From Gammaproteobacteria bacterium (GTDB lineage: Bacteria; Pseudomonadota; Gammaproteobacteria; GCA-2400775): a stretch of 44,357 bases of DNA. Within the stretch, counting starts at the first letter, position 1. The number at the start of each line of letters is the position of its first letter. A program made the position numbers and the translations under genes. The stretch spans positions 1 to 44,357 of the forward strand of contig JAESQP010000114.1 of assembly GCA_016765075.1 (NCBI GenBank), read 5' to 3'. Positions 1 to 8,747 of the stretch are shown one piece after another. The notes under the pieces were generated by a model. It made no database searches. It was not told the origin of the DNA and saw only the letters and a list, made by a program, of their open reading frames with translations.

Positions 1-1
1 G

Positions 2-1699
2 AATGTGTGGATGCGCGAGGCGGGTTTTCGAATTGATAAGCTGGTGGTGACGTCGAACGTGGGTTTTGTGCCGACAGGTACTGGGCCAACAGAGAGTGCG
101 CGTGATACGGCTACAGGCGGTGGTGGTACTACAGTGCTATTAGAAGATAATTTTAATGATGGAAATTTCAACGGTTGGACGATAGTTAATAATTGCCAGA
201 GAGCGAGTCCATCCTGGACGGTGATTGGGGGAGAGCTAATACAGGTTGGTGATTGCCGAGGTTTCTCCCCAGAAGGGGTTGCTATAGGGTCGTATGCATT
301 GTCGGATGTATCGCTGCCGAGCGATATAGAAATACAGCTTAGTGTTCGGTCATCTGATCCTGCTAACGATGGCACATCATCTAACGATAGCAGTATCTGG
401 AAATTCGATACCATTGGCGTTATCTTTGGTTATCAAGATGATGATAATTATTATCGGTTTGAGTTAGACGGAATGAAAGGGCACCGTAAGCTTTGGCGTA
501 AGCAGGGTGGTCTTTATACGGAATTGAGTACAAGCCCGCAAAGTTACGTACGCGGACAGTCTTTAGATTTACGTATTGTGTATCAAAATGGCGTGATTGT
601 GGTCTTTGCTGGAGGTCAGCACATTATGGCTGCAGCTGATGCGACATTTAGTAGCGGAGAGATAGCCCTCTTTTGCGCGCGCAACTCATCTTGTGCCTTT
701 GATGATGTAAGTGTTACTACTGCATCATCAGCACCGAAGCTTGGTTTGGCGATAGCAAATAGCTTAAATCACACGTCTAGCGAATATTTTGTCAGCACTG
801 ATGGCGTGTTGGATGTGGTAGCGTTTAGCACCAGCTTGAATGGTGTTGGTGGGGTAGAGTTTGTTGTCGACGAAGGCGCGGCGAATGAAATTTTTCAAAC
901 TGACTTTGCGTCTCCTTACAGCACGCAGTTTACTGCTTTGTCTGCTGGTGATCATGTCATAGACGCATACTTGCTTGATAGTAGTGGAGTTCGCATTGTC
1001 GATGCTGCAGCAACAGTTAACCTAACCTTTGTTGGCACTAATGGAATTCATTTACATAGCTTTGGTGACAGTATTACCAACGGTTTGGAAGATGATATTT
1101 CCAGTGATGATGTGTCAGCAGATACCCGCAATACGGGAGGTGGGTATGCGCCAATATTGAATGATCTTCTCAGTGCAGATAATTCGATGCCTGTAACGGT
1201 GATCAATGATGGTAATTCGGGGGAAGAATCTTTTGAGGGCGCGCTTCGTATCGAAGCCATTATACAGCGCACTCCAGAAGCACAAGCGTTTTTAGTGTTT
1301 TATGGTGCGAACGACTCAGGTGGGACAATGCCGACTCTTAGTGGGCTTGGATTGGCGGTTGATGATGCTGGTTATGCTGGGTCGTTTAAAGATAATATAC
1401 AACAGATTATTGATGCGGCTTTATCAGCAGGAAAGGTAATATTTTTAGCTAAGGCGCCACCGTATTTTGCCAATACTGTGCGCAATGTAATAGTGGATGG
1501 ATATAATCAAGTGATTGATGAGTTGGTATTCGAAAATGAGTTTAGTTATGTGCCGCCAGACTTACATGGGTACTTCACTGCTAACCCAAGTGAATACTCC
1601 ATAGATGGCATCCACCCTGATGGTGTTGGATATCAGTCTATTGCCAATTTATGGTGCCAGGGATTAGATGGGCAATTGGGGTTAAGTTGTAGCCCTTGA
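2..1699 (+). CDS. 5'-truncated secreted multidomain protein: lectin/LamG-like (DUF1080-type) domain, Ig-like spacer, C-terminal SGNH/GDSL hydrolase
   Basis: The frame is open to the window edge. The N-terminal part has NFNDGNFNGW...YQDDDNYYRFELDG, typical of concanavalin-like domains. The C-terminal part has SGNH blocks FGDSITNG, YGANDSG and DGIHPD. TGA stop at 1697-1699. Confidence 0.75.
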   Translation, partial: NVWMREAGFRIDKLVVTSNVGFVPTGTGPTESARDTATGGGGTTVLLEDNFNDGNFNGWTIVNNCQRASPSWTVIGGELIQVGDCRGFSPEGVAIGSYALSDVSLPSDIEIQLSVRSSDPANDGTSSNDSSIWKFDTIGVIFGYQDDDNYYRFELDGMKGHRKLWRKQGGLYTELSTSPQSYVRGQSLDLRIVYQNGVIVVFAGGQHIMAAADATFSSGEIALFCARNSSCAFDDVSVTTASSAPKLGLAIANSLNHTSSEYFVSTDGVLDVVAFSTSLNGVGGVEFVVDEGAANEIFQTDFASPYSTQFTALSAGDHVIDAYLLDSSGVRIVDAAATVNLTFVGTNGIHLHSFGDSITNGLEDDISSDDVSADTRNTGGGYAPILNDLLSADNSMPVTVINDGNSGEESFEGALRIEAIIQRTPEAQAFLVFYGANDSGGTMPTLSGLGLAVDDAGYAGSFKDNIQQIIDAALSAGKVIFLAKAPPYFANTVRNVIVDGYNQVIDELVFENEFSYVPPDLHGYFTANPSEYSIDGIHPDGVGYQSIANLWCQGLDGQLGLSCSP

Positions 1700-2048
1700 A
1701 TGTTTTAGGGCGGTTTAGTGTGTAATCTACAATTATTGAGGGTTTGCACGGTGTTTTATTGTCTTGATTGCTCTGATTAAGGTATGGCTGGGGGAATAAT
1801 AACCGTTAGTTTACTTGCATTGTCTCTATAGAATTAATCGAGTCGTTAAGGCGCTAAAGCGGCACACCCGCTCAGCGACCAAAGTGGCGCTAAGCGGCTT
1901 TATTGTACGGTTATTGCTCACGGTTTCTTCTTTTAGCGTTCGTAATAATCCTGGATGCTAATTAATTTTTAGGGCTTGTAGTGTCAGGCAGACTATAGGA
2001 AGCTTGTGTTGGTGAGATTCGCTAAAGCAGAGTTGGTAAGTTTTAAAA

Positions 2049-2726
2049 TTGAAATCAAAATTACGTAATATATGGGCGCGTTTTTGGATGCGCTTTGCTG
2101 GTTATGGGGTGATTGGCCGGGGTGCCATGTCAATGGCAGGTTGGTTTTATCCGCCTTATAAAGCCCGGCATGATCTAGCACGAATGTCCGAAATAGGGTA
2201 TATCTCTCCTTCCGTATGTATTCACGCGCGTAATATCACATTAGGAAAAAATATCTTTTTAGGTGATGGCGTCACTATTTTTAATCGTGGTTCTAGTGAG
2301 TCGGTGACGCTCGGGAACGAGGTTGCTATTAACAAAGATACAATTCTCGAATCAGGGAAAGGTGGGCATATTTTTATCGGTGATCGCACTACGATTCAGC
2401 CTCGCTGCCAATTGTCTGCGTATGTAGGTACTATTCGTATTGGTGCTGATGTTCAAATAGCGCTAAATTGTGCTTTTTACCCCTACAATCATGGCATGTC
2501 GTTAGACAAAACAATGAAAGAACAGCCCCTATTCAGCCAAGGAGGCATTGATATTGGGGATGACGTTTGGCTGGGGGTTGGTGTTGTCGTGCTTGATGGT
2601 GTGCATATAGGTCAGGGCGCAATTATTGGTGCCGGATCTGTTGTGAATAAAAATATCCCTGCTGGTGTTCTAGCTGCAGGTGTGCCGGCAAGGATTATTA
2701 AGGAAAGAGAGAATAATGGCCGATAA
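2049..2726 (+). CDS. Hexapeptide-repeat (left-handed beta-helix) O-acetyltransferase, polysaccharide-modifying type
   Basis: Repeated [LIV]G-x4 hexapeptides (IGDRTTI, IGADVQI, IGDDVWLGVGVVVLDGVHIGQGAIIGAGSVV). The ORF track uses a TTG start at 2049; an alternative ATG lies at 2088. Confidence 0.8.
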   Translation: MKSKLRNIWARFWMRFAGYGVIGRGAMSMAGWFYPPYKARHDLARMSEIGYISPSVCIHARNITLGKNIFLGDGVTIFNRGSSESVTLGNEVAINKDTILESGKGGHIFIGDRTTIQPRCQLSAYVGTIRIGADVQIALNCAFYPYNHGMSLDKTMKEQPLFSQGGIDIGDDVWLGVGVVVLDGVHIGQGAIIGAGSVVNKNIPAGVLAAGVPARIIKERENNGR

Positions 2727-2774
2727 ATACGGCCTACTTGCTGCTAGCAACCCGGAACCTGTAATTTCCTTATT

Positions 2775-3737
2775 ATGACTGAAATACCGCTAATTAGTGT
2801 ATGTACGCCTGTCTACAACGGCGAAGATTTTCTTGAAGATTGCATCAATGGAGTGCTGGCTCAGCGTTACCCCAATTTCGAATACATTATCGTTGATAAC
2901 GCTTCGACCGATAAAACACCTGATATTATAAAAAAGCTCTGCTCAAATGATGGTCGCGTCAAAGTTTACAGGAATGATGTGACAGTCGATGTGACAGATA
3001 ATTTTCGTAAGTGTATTGAGCATGTTTCAGCAGATGCCAAGTGGATTAAGTATGCACTAGCTGATGATTATCTTTACCCAAATTGTTTAGACGAAATGTT
3101 GGCCGTCGGCGAATTATCTGACCGGATTGGAATTGTTTCCGCTTTTCGTCTTTATGGTAGCTCTTTAACCAATGTAGGTCTTTCGCCAGATAAGTCAGTA
3201 TTTAGTGGTGCTGATATCTTAAAGAAACAATTACTTCGAAAACTTCATGTCTGTAGTGGTTCACCTAATACTGTTATGTATAGAAAATCTGCATACGATA
3301 CCCTTGGCGGCTTTGATAAGAATTATCTTCATGGTGACACTGAGCTCGCATTAAGGTTGCTAGACAATTATGATTTAGGCTTTGCTCATTGTGTCTTTAC
3401 AAGAACAGGCCTTCACGAGGGTCGGCAAGAGACCCGTTCAATTTCCACTGGGCTGGTGATACGTGAATACCTTGAATTTGGATTTAAAAATCTGGACAAA
3501 TATGGTTCAGTTGAGTTTAGCTCGGATGAGATGAGTGAGTTGGCAACTTATTACGCCAATCAATCCAGTGAGTTTCTGTCAAAGAAAATCGCGCGCCTTG
3601 ACTTTGCCCATATTCGCCTGCTGCTAAATAATTGTCCTGCACAGGTAAAAACAAAACTGTTCGCTGCCTTTATTTTTCGCGCGCGAAAAAATATCAAAGC
3701 TTTTCTTGGCGAGTTTGTGCAGATGATTAAAAAATAA
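2775..3737 (+). CDS. Family 2 glycosyltransferase
   Basis: N-terminal GT2 signature ISVCTPVYNGEDFLEDCINGVLAQRYPNFEYIIVDNASTDKT, followed by an acidic ADD motif. Confidence 0.85.
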   Translation: MTEIPLISVCTPVYNGEDFLEDCINGVLAQRYPNFEYIIVDNASTDKTPDIIKKLCSNDGRVKVYRNDVTVDVTDNFRKCIEHVSADAKWIKYALADDYLYPNCLDEMLAVGELSDRIGIVSAFRLYGSSLTNVGLSPDKSVFSGADILKKQLLRKLHVCSGSPNTVMYRKSAYDTLGGFDKNYLHGDTELALRLLDNYDLGFAHCVFTRTGLHEGRQETRSISTGLVIREYLEFGFKNLDKYGSVEFSSDEMSELATYYANQSSEFLSKKIARLDFAHIRLLLNNCPAQVKTKLFAAFIFRARKNIKAFLGEFVQMIKK

Positions 3738-3803
3738 GATGCCATACACATCATGGCACTCCAACAATCTTGTATTGATGGAGTGCTAGTTAACGGAAAA
3801 TAA

Positions 3804-4958
3804 ATGCAGATAAAAATCAGTGAAGTAATCATAAGAACTGTAGATGCGATGTTGTTGAGACAGTTTCCAGATGGATCATTTCAGCATGGCCACAATGGCC
3901 CTTATTACGACGAAGAATTACCTGTAAGAAATACTGCTCATATAATGATGCTCTTGTTGAAAGCGTATGAGATAGTCGGCGCGAAAAAATATCGAGATGC
4001 TGCGCTCAGGGCTCTGTCCTATATTACTGCTGAAGAGCGCCGACCTATGGGTGCTACGATTTGGGCACGCAAAAACCCGCAGAAGGATTTTTCTAATGGA
4101 TTAATTGGTCAGGCATGGGTGATTGAAGCGCTTGCTTACGCTGCTGAAAAATTAGATGATCCCTCGCTTAATACACTGGCAGAAAAAATGTTTTTATTGC
4201 ACCCATTTGACGAGAAAACAGCCAGGTGGCGTATCGTTAATGTTGATGGTTCTTACGCTGGTGTCGATATGACATTTAACCATCAGTTATGGTTTGCCGC
4301 TGCAGGTGGATTGGTGACGGGTAGTGAACAAATCAAATCTCAAATAGAGATCTTCCTCGATAAGCTCGGTGACAACCTGAAGATATATGACAGCGGGCTA
4401 ATAGTGCATGCGCTGGGTGGTAGCAATAACAAAAAGTCTTTGCGAAGAGCAGTTAAAGATTTTATAAAGGCAAGAGTCAAACGTCAGAATAAAAGTGAGT
4501 TATACAAAAATAGCGTAATTAACAAAGCGATTGGTTATCATGCATTCAACACCTATGCGTTTGCTTTATTATTTCAAGAGTACAGTATGCACTCGTTTTG
4601 GCGTAGTAATACATTTTTTCGTATATTGAGTTTTCTTCAGACTGATTTGTACCGTCAAGGTTTGGAGTGGTTTTGTCCGACGCCACAAAGCCGGGGGAAA
4701 GAACTGCCTTTTAATAAATTTGGTTATTCCTATAATCCACCCGGTATAGAGGTGGCGTATACTATTCAGACTTTCAAGAGCTGTTATTCAGAAATTGGCG
4801 ACGAAACAATAGGTCTATGGCTTGGCCGTCAGTTTAGTAAGACGCTTAATGCTGAGTCGATGCTAATGAATAGCCTTACAGATGACGCAATTACGTTGTC
4901 TGCCAGGTTGTATGAAGCCGTGCGTCTGGAGGACTGCTCGGTTTCAGTTAGTATTTAG
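3804..4958 (+). CDS. Uncharacterised 384-aa protein in the polysaccharide locus (possibly alpha/alpha-toroid-like)
   Basis: Long clean ORF in the same orientation as its neighbours. I recognise no catalytic motif. Helix-rich segments such as NTAHIMMLLLKAYEIVGAKKYRDAALRAL and GLIGQAWVIEALAYAAEKL resemble six-hairpin enzymes, but that is a guess. Confidence 0.5.
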   Translation: MQIKISEVIIRTVDAMLLRQFPDGSFQHGHNGPYYDEELPVRNTAHIMMLLLKAYEIVGAKKYRDAALRALSYITAEERRPMGATIWARKNPQKDFSNGLIGQAWVIEALAYAAEKLDDPSLNTLAEKMFLLHPFDEKTARWRIVNVDGSYAGVDMTFNHQLWFAAAGGLVTGSEQIKSQIEIFLDKLGDNLKIYDSGLIVHALGGSNNKKSLRRAVKDFIKARVKRQNKSELYKNSVINKAIGYHAFNTYAFALLFQEYSMHSFWRSNTFFRILSFLQTDLYRQGLEWFCPTPQSRGKELPFNKFGYSYNPPGIEVAYTIQTFKSCYSEIGDETIGLWLGRQFSKTLNAESMLMNSLTDDAITLSARLYEAVRLEDCSVSVSI

Positions 4959-5136
4959 TTTGATATTTTTAAGTAAGCCTCTATATTACGTGATTTCTAG
5001 TATGGTGAGCTTTGTGTCTTGCGTCGAAGATGGAAAAATAAGACAGGTATGAAGTTTAACCAGGGTCAATTATTGTGACCGAATTAAGAGTCTGTTCAAG
5101 TGTGTCAAAAAATGGACAAAGGTTCGGAGGGAAAGG

Positions 5137-6546
5137 TTGGCGACAATAACTGGGTTTAAGGACTCCTATTCATCACGGCTGAGTTTCATCTCGCGTATTG
5201 GCGATGCGCTGTTGGTGGGGTTGGCGCTGTTCGTTGTTGCGTATTGGTATAAAGTCAATTGGACGGATAAATACAGCTTAATTGTTGCCATATCAGTCGG
5301 TTTGTTTCTGTTTGTTGCCAGTGTGCAGCGTGTTTATACCGATTCTAATGCACTGTCTTTAGGGCGGCGCGCTGTTAAGGTTTGCTATATTTGGCTGCTA
5401 GTCATTATGGGTCTTTTGTTGTTTGGTTACGCGACCAAGACGTCGGCCGAGTATTCTCGCCTTACCTTATTTACCTGGTTTGCTATTACACCAATACTGC
5501 TTATTCTTTGGCATGCCGCTTTGCTGCGCCTACAAAGTGAGTTGTATAGGCGTGGTTGGAACGTGCGTCGCGTGGCGATTGCTGGCGCTCGTGATCTTGG
5601 TAAGCAAGTTGCTTATGCCATGATCAATTCGCAGAATATGGGCATGAAACCCGTTGGTTTTTACGATGACCGCAAGAGTGGTGGCCCGCGGCCATTAGTA
5701 GATGACCCCTTGCCTGTTATAGGTACTCTGGAAGACTTGGTACGTGCGGCACGCGAAGGTGATGTTGATGTTGTCTTTATCGCGCTACCCATGCGCGCGG
5801 AAGAGCGTATTAAAATGTTGGTCTCGCAATTGTCGGATACGACGGCATCGGTTTATATCGTTCCTGATTTTTTTATGTTCGATTTGCTCAGTGCGCGTTG
5901 GGGGAATATAGGCGGCCTGCCAGTTGTTAGTATCTATGACACGCCGTTTTATGGCATTGATGGTTGGTTAAAGCGTTCATTTGATGTGGTCGTGACAAGT
6001 GGCATATTGACGCTTATTGCCTTGCCAATGTTGTTTATTGCTATAGCTGTTAAGTTAACTTCTCCTGGCCCGGTAATTTTTAAACAGCGACGTTACGGTA
6101 TTAATGGTGAGATGATCGAGGTGTTTAAATTTCGTAGTATGACGGTTGAAGAGAACGGCTCTGAGGTTCGTCAAGCAACCAAAGATGATGTTCGTGTGAC
6201 CAAATTTGGTGCATTTATGCGCCGTACGTCGCTGGATGAATTGCCGCAATTTTTTAATGTTTTGTTGGGTAGCATGTCGATTGTCGGGCCCAGGCCGCAC
6301 GCTGTTTCGCATAACGAAGAGTATCGCGGCTTAATCAGTGGTTATATGTTGCGTCATAAGGTTAAGCCAGGCATTACAGGCTTGGCGCAGGTCAATGGTT
6401 GGCGTGGTGAAACGGATACGTTGGAGAAAATGCAGAAACGTGTTGAGTGCGACCTTGAATATATTAATAATTGGTCGGTGTGGCTGGATGCAAAGATTGT
6501 TCTGAAGACTATTTTTAAAGGCTTTACTCATAAGAATGCCTATTAG
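5137..6546 (+). CDS. Undecaprenyl-phosphate hexose-1-phosphate transferase (WcaJ/WbaP-type priming glycosyltransferase)
   Basis: Four or five N-terminal TM helices, a central Rossmann-like region, and the C-terminal bacterial sugar transferase domain (KRSFDVV..., PGPVIFKQRRYG, DELPQFFNVLLGSMSIVGPRPH, KPGITGLAQV). TTG start preceded by GGAGGGAAAGG. Confidence 0.85.
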   Translation: MATITGFKDSYSSRLSFISRIGDALLVGLALFVVAYWYKVNWTDKYSLIVAISVGLFLFVASVQRVYTDSNALSLGRRAVKVCYIWLLVIMGLLLFGYATKTSAEYSRLTLFTWFAITPILLILWHAALLRLQSELYRRGWNVRRVAIAGARDLGKQVAYAMINSQNMGMKPVGFYDDRKSGGPRPLVDDPLPVIGTLEDLVRAAREGDVDVVFIALPMRAEERIKMLVSQLSDTTASVYIVPDFFMFDLLSARWGNIGGLPVVSIYDTPFYGIDGWLKRSFDVVVTSGILTLIALPMLFIAIAVKLTSPGPVIFKQRRYGINGEMIEVFKFRSMTVEENGSEVRQATKDDVRVTKFGAFMRRTSLDELPQFFNVLLGSMSIVGPRPHAVSHNEEYRGLISGYMLRHKVKPGITGLAQVNGWRGETDTLEKMQKRVECDLEYINNWSVWLDAKIVLKTIFKGFTHKNAY

Positions 6547-6568
6547 TTCTCATATGAGAACTAATAGG
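6539..6568. repeat. 30-bp perfect palindrome between convergent genes (possible bidirectional terminator or protein site)
   Basis: cctattagttctcatatgagaactaatagg is its own reverse complement. It overlaps the TAG stop of the sugar transferase (6544-6546) and lies 9 bp from the stop of the ABC ATPase gene. No flanking T-run. Confidence 0.5.
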
Positions 6569-6576
6569 TTCTCTAT

Positions 6577-7623
6577 CTAAGTATAATTAAATGCCACTAA
6601 ATGATCTGCCGCGATACGGACACCAACAAGATCACCAATAGCATGATCTTGGTGGCTTGGAAATAATGACAATACCTTGCTGCCGGTGGGTAGTTTTAAG
6701 GTATACATGATTTCAGCACCCTTAAACGCCTTGTGCACGACCTTTGCTTTAAGGTCTGCATTGGTATCAGGCACGACATCATCGGGCCTTAGCAGCACAT
6801 CGACTTCAGTTCCCTTGGGCCAGGCGTAGGCACGGTTCCCGTGGATCAGCCCGATTTCTGTCGCAACAGAGTTGGCCGAGACTAAATAACCTTTCATTAA
6901 GACGCCTTGGCCGACAAAGTCAGCGACAAAACGGTGGTTGGGTTCATGATAAAGATTAAATGCGGTATCCCATTGCAAAAGACGACCATGTTGCATAACA
7001 CCGATGACATCGGCAATGGCAAAGGCCTCTTGTTGGTCATGAGTGACGATGATTGTACTGGTGTTTAATGATTTTAATATTTTCCGCACTTCGTGGCTTA
7101 ATTGTTCACGCAGCTCGACATCGAGATTTGAAAAAGGCTCATCCATAAGGATTAAGTCAGGCTTAGAAGCAAGGGCGCGGGCAAGTGCGATACGCTGTTG
7201 CTGGCCACCTGACAGCTCATGAGGATAGCGCTCTTGATAGTCAGGCAAGCCAACTGTCGCTAGTAGCTCGGCGACGCGCTCACGGCGTTGCGATGCTGGT
7301 AGTTTACGTAGACCAAAACTAATATTGCCAGCGATGTCCATATGCGGAAACAAGGCATAGTCCTGAAAGACCATACCGATTTTACGTTTTTCCGGTGCAA
7401 CAGTTTGTTTGGCGCTGGATACTTGTTTGCCACGCAGATGAATTTCACCTTCATTGATGGGTTCGAGCCCGGCAATAGCACGCAGTGCGGTGGTTTTGCC
7501 ACAACCTGAAGGGCCAAGCAGGCAGGCAATCTGGCCGCTATTGACGTGAAATGAAAGCTGATCTAATACCGTTTCTTTGCGGTAGCGGCAGCTGATTGAT
7601 TTCACCTCGACAATAGCGCTCAT
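6577..7623 (-). CDS. ABC transporter ATP-binding protein, PotA/FbpC/CysA-like importer ATPase with C-terminal TOBE-like domain
   Basis: Walker A GPSGCGKTT, Q-loop, signature LSGGQQQRIALARAL, Walker B LILMDEPFSNLD, H-loop THDQ. About 110 aa of C-terminal regulatory domain. Confidence 0.85.
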   Translation of the reverse strand: MSAIVEVKSISCRYRKETVLDQLSFHVNSGQIACLLGPSGCGKTTALRAIAGLEPINEGEIHLRGKQVSSAKQTVAPEKRKIGMVFQDYALFPHMDIAGNISFGLRKLPASQRRERVAELLATVGLPDYQERYPHELSGGQQQRIALARALASKPDLILMDEPFSNLDVELREQLSHEVRKILKSLNTSTIIVTHDQQEAFAIADVIGVMQHGRLLQWDTAFNLYHEPNHRFVADFVGQGVLMKGYLVSANSVATEIGLIHGNRAYAWPKGTEVDVLLRPDDVVPDTNADLKAKVVHKAFKGAEIMYTLKLPTGSKVLSLFPSHQDHAIGDLVGVRIAADHLVAFNYT

Positions 7624-7646
7624 TATTTGAATCTGCGGTTAAGGAA

Positions 7647-7826
7647 TCTCTGATCAATTCGTGGAACGCGGCCTTGCTGACGGAAATCTTCCAGATCTTT
7701 GTTACGAATCTTATCAATAGACCCACTATTGACTGCGCCCCGCAGGAAGTGCCCTTGGGGTACGATTCGCGCCTCGATCTGAAAAATTTCATTCACCAAT
7801 ATCGCTGCTCCAGAATTAATCAGAGG
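7647..7826. mobile_element. MITE-like palindromic element, family A, copy 1 (~180 bp)
   Basis: About 80% identical to 27430-27582 in the same orientation. Termini CTCTGATCAATTCGTGGAAC...CCAGAATTAATCAGAGG form ~50-bp imperfect inverted repeats. Relative to copy 2 it carries an extra ~27-bp internal insert (gccccgcaggaagtgcccttggggtacg). It contains the argF stop codon. Confidence 0.7.
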
Positions 7827-8745
7827 CTCGTTGATTTTTAGTATGTGGAATCAAAAATTCAAGCAGCGCTTTTTGCGCATGCAGGCGATTTTCAGCCTCA
7901 TCCCAGACCACGCTTTGTGGGCCATCAATGACATCGGCACTGACCTCTTCGCCGCGATGTGCAGGCAGACAATGCATAAACAGCGCATCGTTATTTGCCT
8001 TGGCCATCAAGTCGGCGTTTACTTGATAAGGCGCAAACACCTTATTACGATCCTTAGCCTCGCCTTCTTGACCCATGCTAGCCCAGACATCGGTTACCAC
8101 CAGGTCAGCTCCTTTGCATCCAGCGTGAGGATCATTAAATAACTGGCTATTGTCACCCCAGGCAGACAAAATATCAGTATCAGGTTCATAGCCTGGCGGG
8201 CAGGTAATATTGAGTTTAAAACCAAACTGTTTAGATGCTTGCATGTAAGAGTGGCACATATTATTGCCATCACCAACCCAAGTAACCATTTTACCTTTAA
8301 TGCTGCCGCGATGCTCAACAAAGGTTTGTATATCTGCCAGCAACTGGCAGGGGTGATGGTCGTCAGTCAACGCATTGATTACCGGAACATCAGCATACTT
8401 TGCTAGCTCGACTACGTTGTCATGGGCAAAGGTGCGAATCATAATGGCATCGACCATGCGCGACAGTACACGCGCCGTATCGGCAATGGGTTCGCCGCGG
8501 CCTAGCTGTGTGTCGCGCGGCGAAAGAAAGATTGAGCCACCACCAAGTTGGATCATGCCGGCCTCAAACGATACACGGGTGCGTGTCGATGATTTCTCAA
8601 ACACCATGGCCAGGACTTTGTTTTTCAGTGGTTGGTAAACGCTGTTGTTATGGTGCATGGACTTCAGCTCAATCGCACGCGCAATCAACGCATTCAATTC
8701 ATCAGGGCTAAGGTCGGAGAGCGTTAAAAAATGTCTGGTTGGCAT
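7816..8745 (-). CDS. argF: Ornithine carbamoyltransferase
   Basis: STRTR carbamoyl-phosphate motif ([13 protein letters not shown]), HPCQ, DGNNM, HCLPA. Confidence 0.95.
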   Translation of the reverse strand: MPTRHFLTLSDLSPDELNALIARAIELKSMHHNNSVYQPLKNKVLAMVFEKSSTRTRVSFEAGMIQLGGGSIFLSPRDTQLGRGEPIADTARVLSRMVDAIMIRTFAHDNVVELAKYADVPVINALTDDHHPCQLLADIQTFVEHRGSIKGKMVTWVGDGNNMCHSYMQASKQFGFKLNITCPPGYEPDTDILSAWGDNSQLFNDPHAGCKGADLVVTDVWASMGQEGEAKDRNKVFAPYQVNADLMAKANNDALFMHCLPAHRGEEVSADVIDGPQSVVWDEAENRLHAQKALLEFLIPHTKNQRASD

Positions 8746-8747
8746 GG

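Noticed and set aside
1709-1720. An ops/JUMPstart-like motif GGCGGTTTAGTG just upstream of the polysaccharide genes.
   Set aside because: It differs from the ops core I recall (GGCGGTAG) at two core positions and lies directly after a stop codon. I also cannot tell whether RfaH exists in this organism. The evidence is too weak to call.
7538-7792. An 84-aa ORF inside MITE family A copy 1, with similar ORFs at 27457-27762 and 39087-39281 inside other elements.
   Set aside because: These frames are not conserved between the two family A copies. They run through inverted-repeat arms and lack start context, so they are most likely by-products of the repeat sequence.
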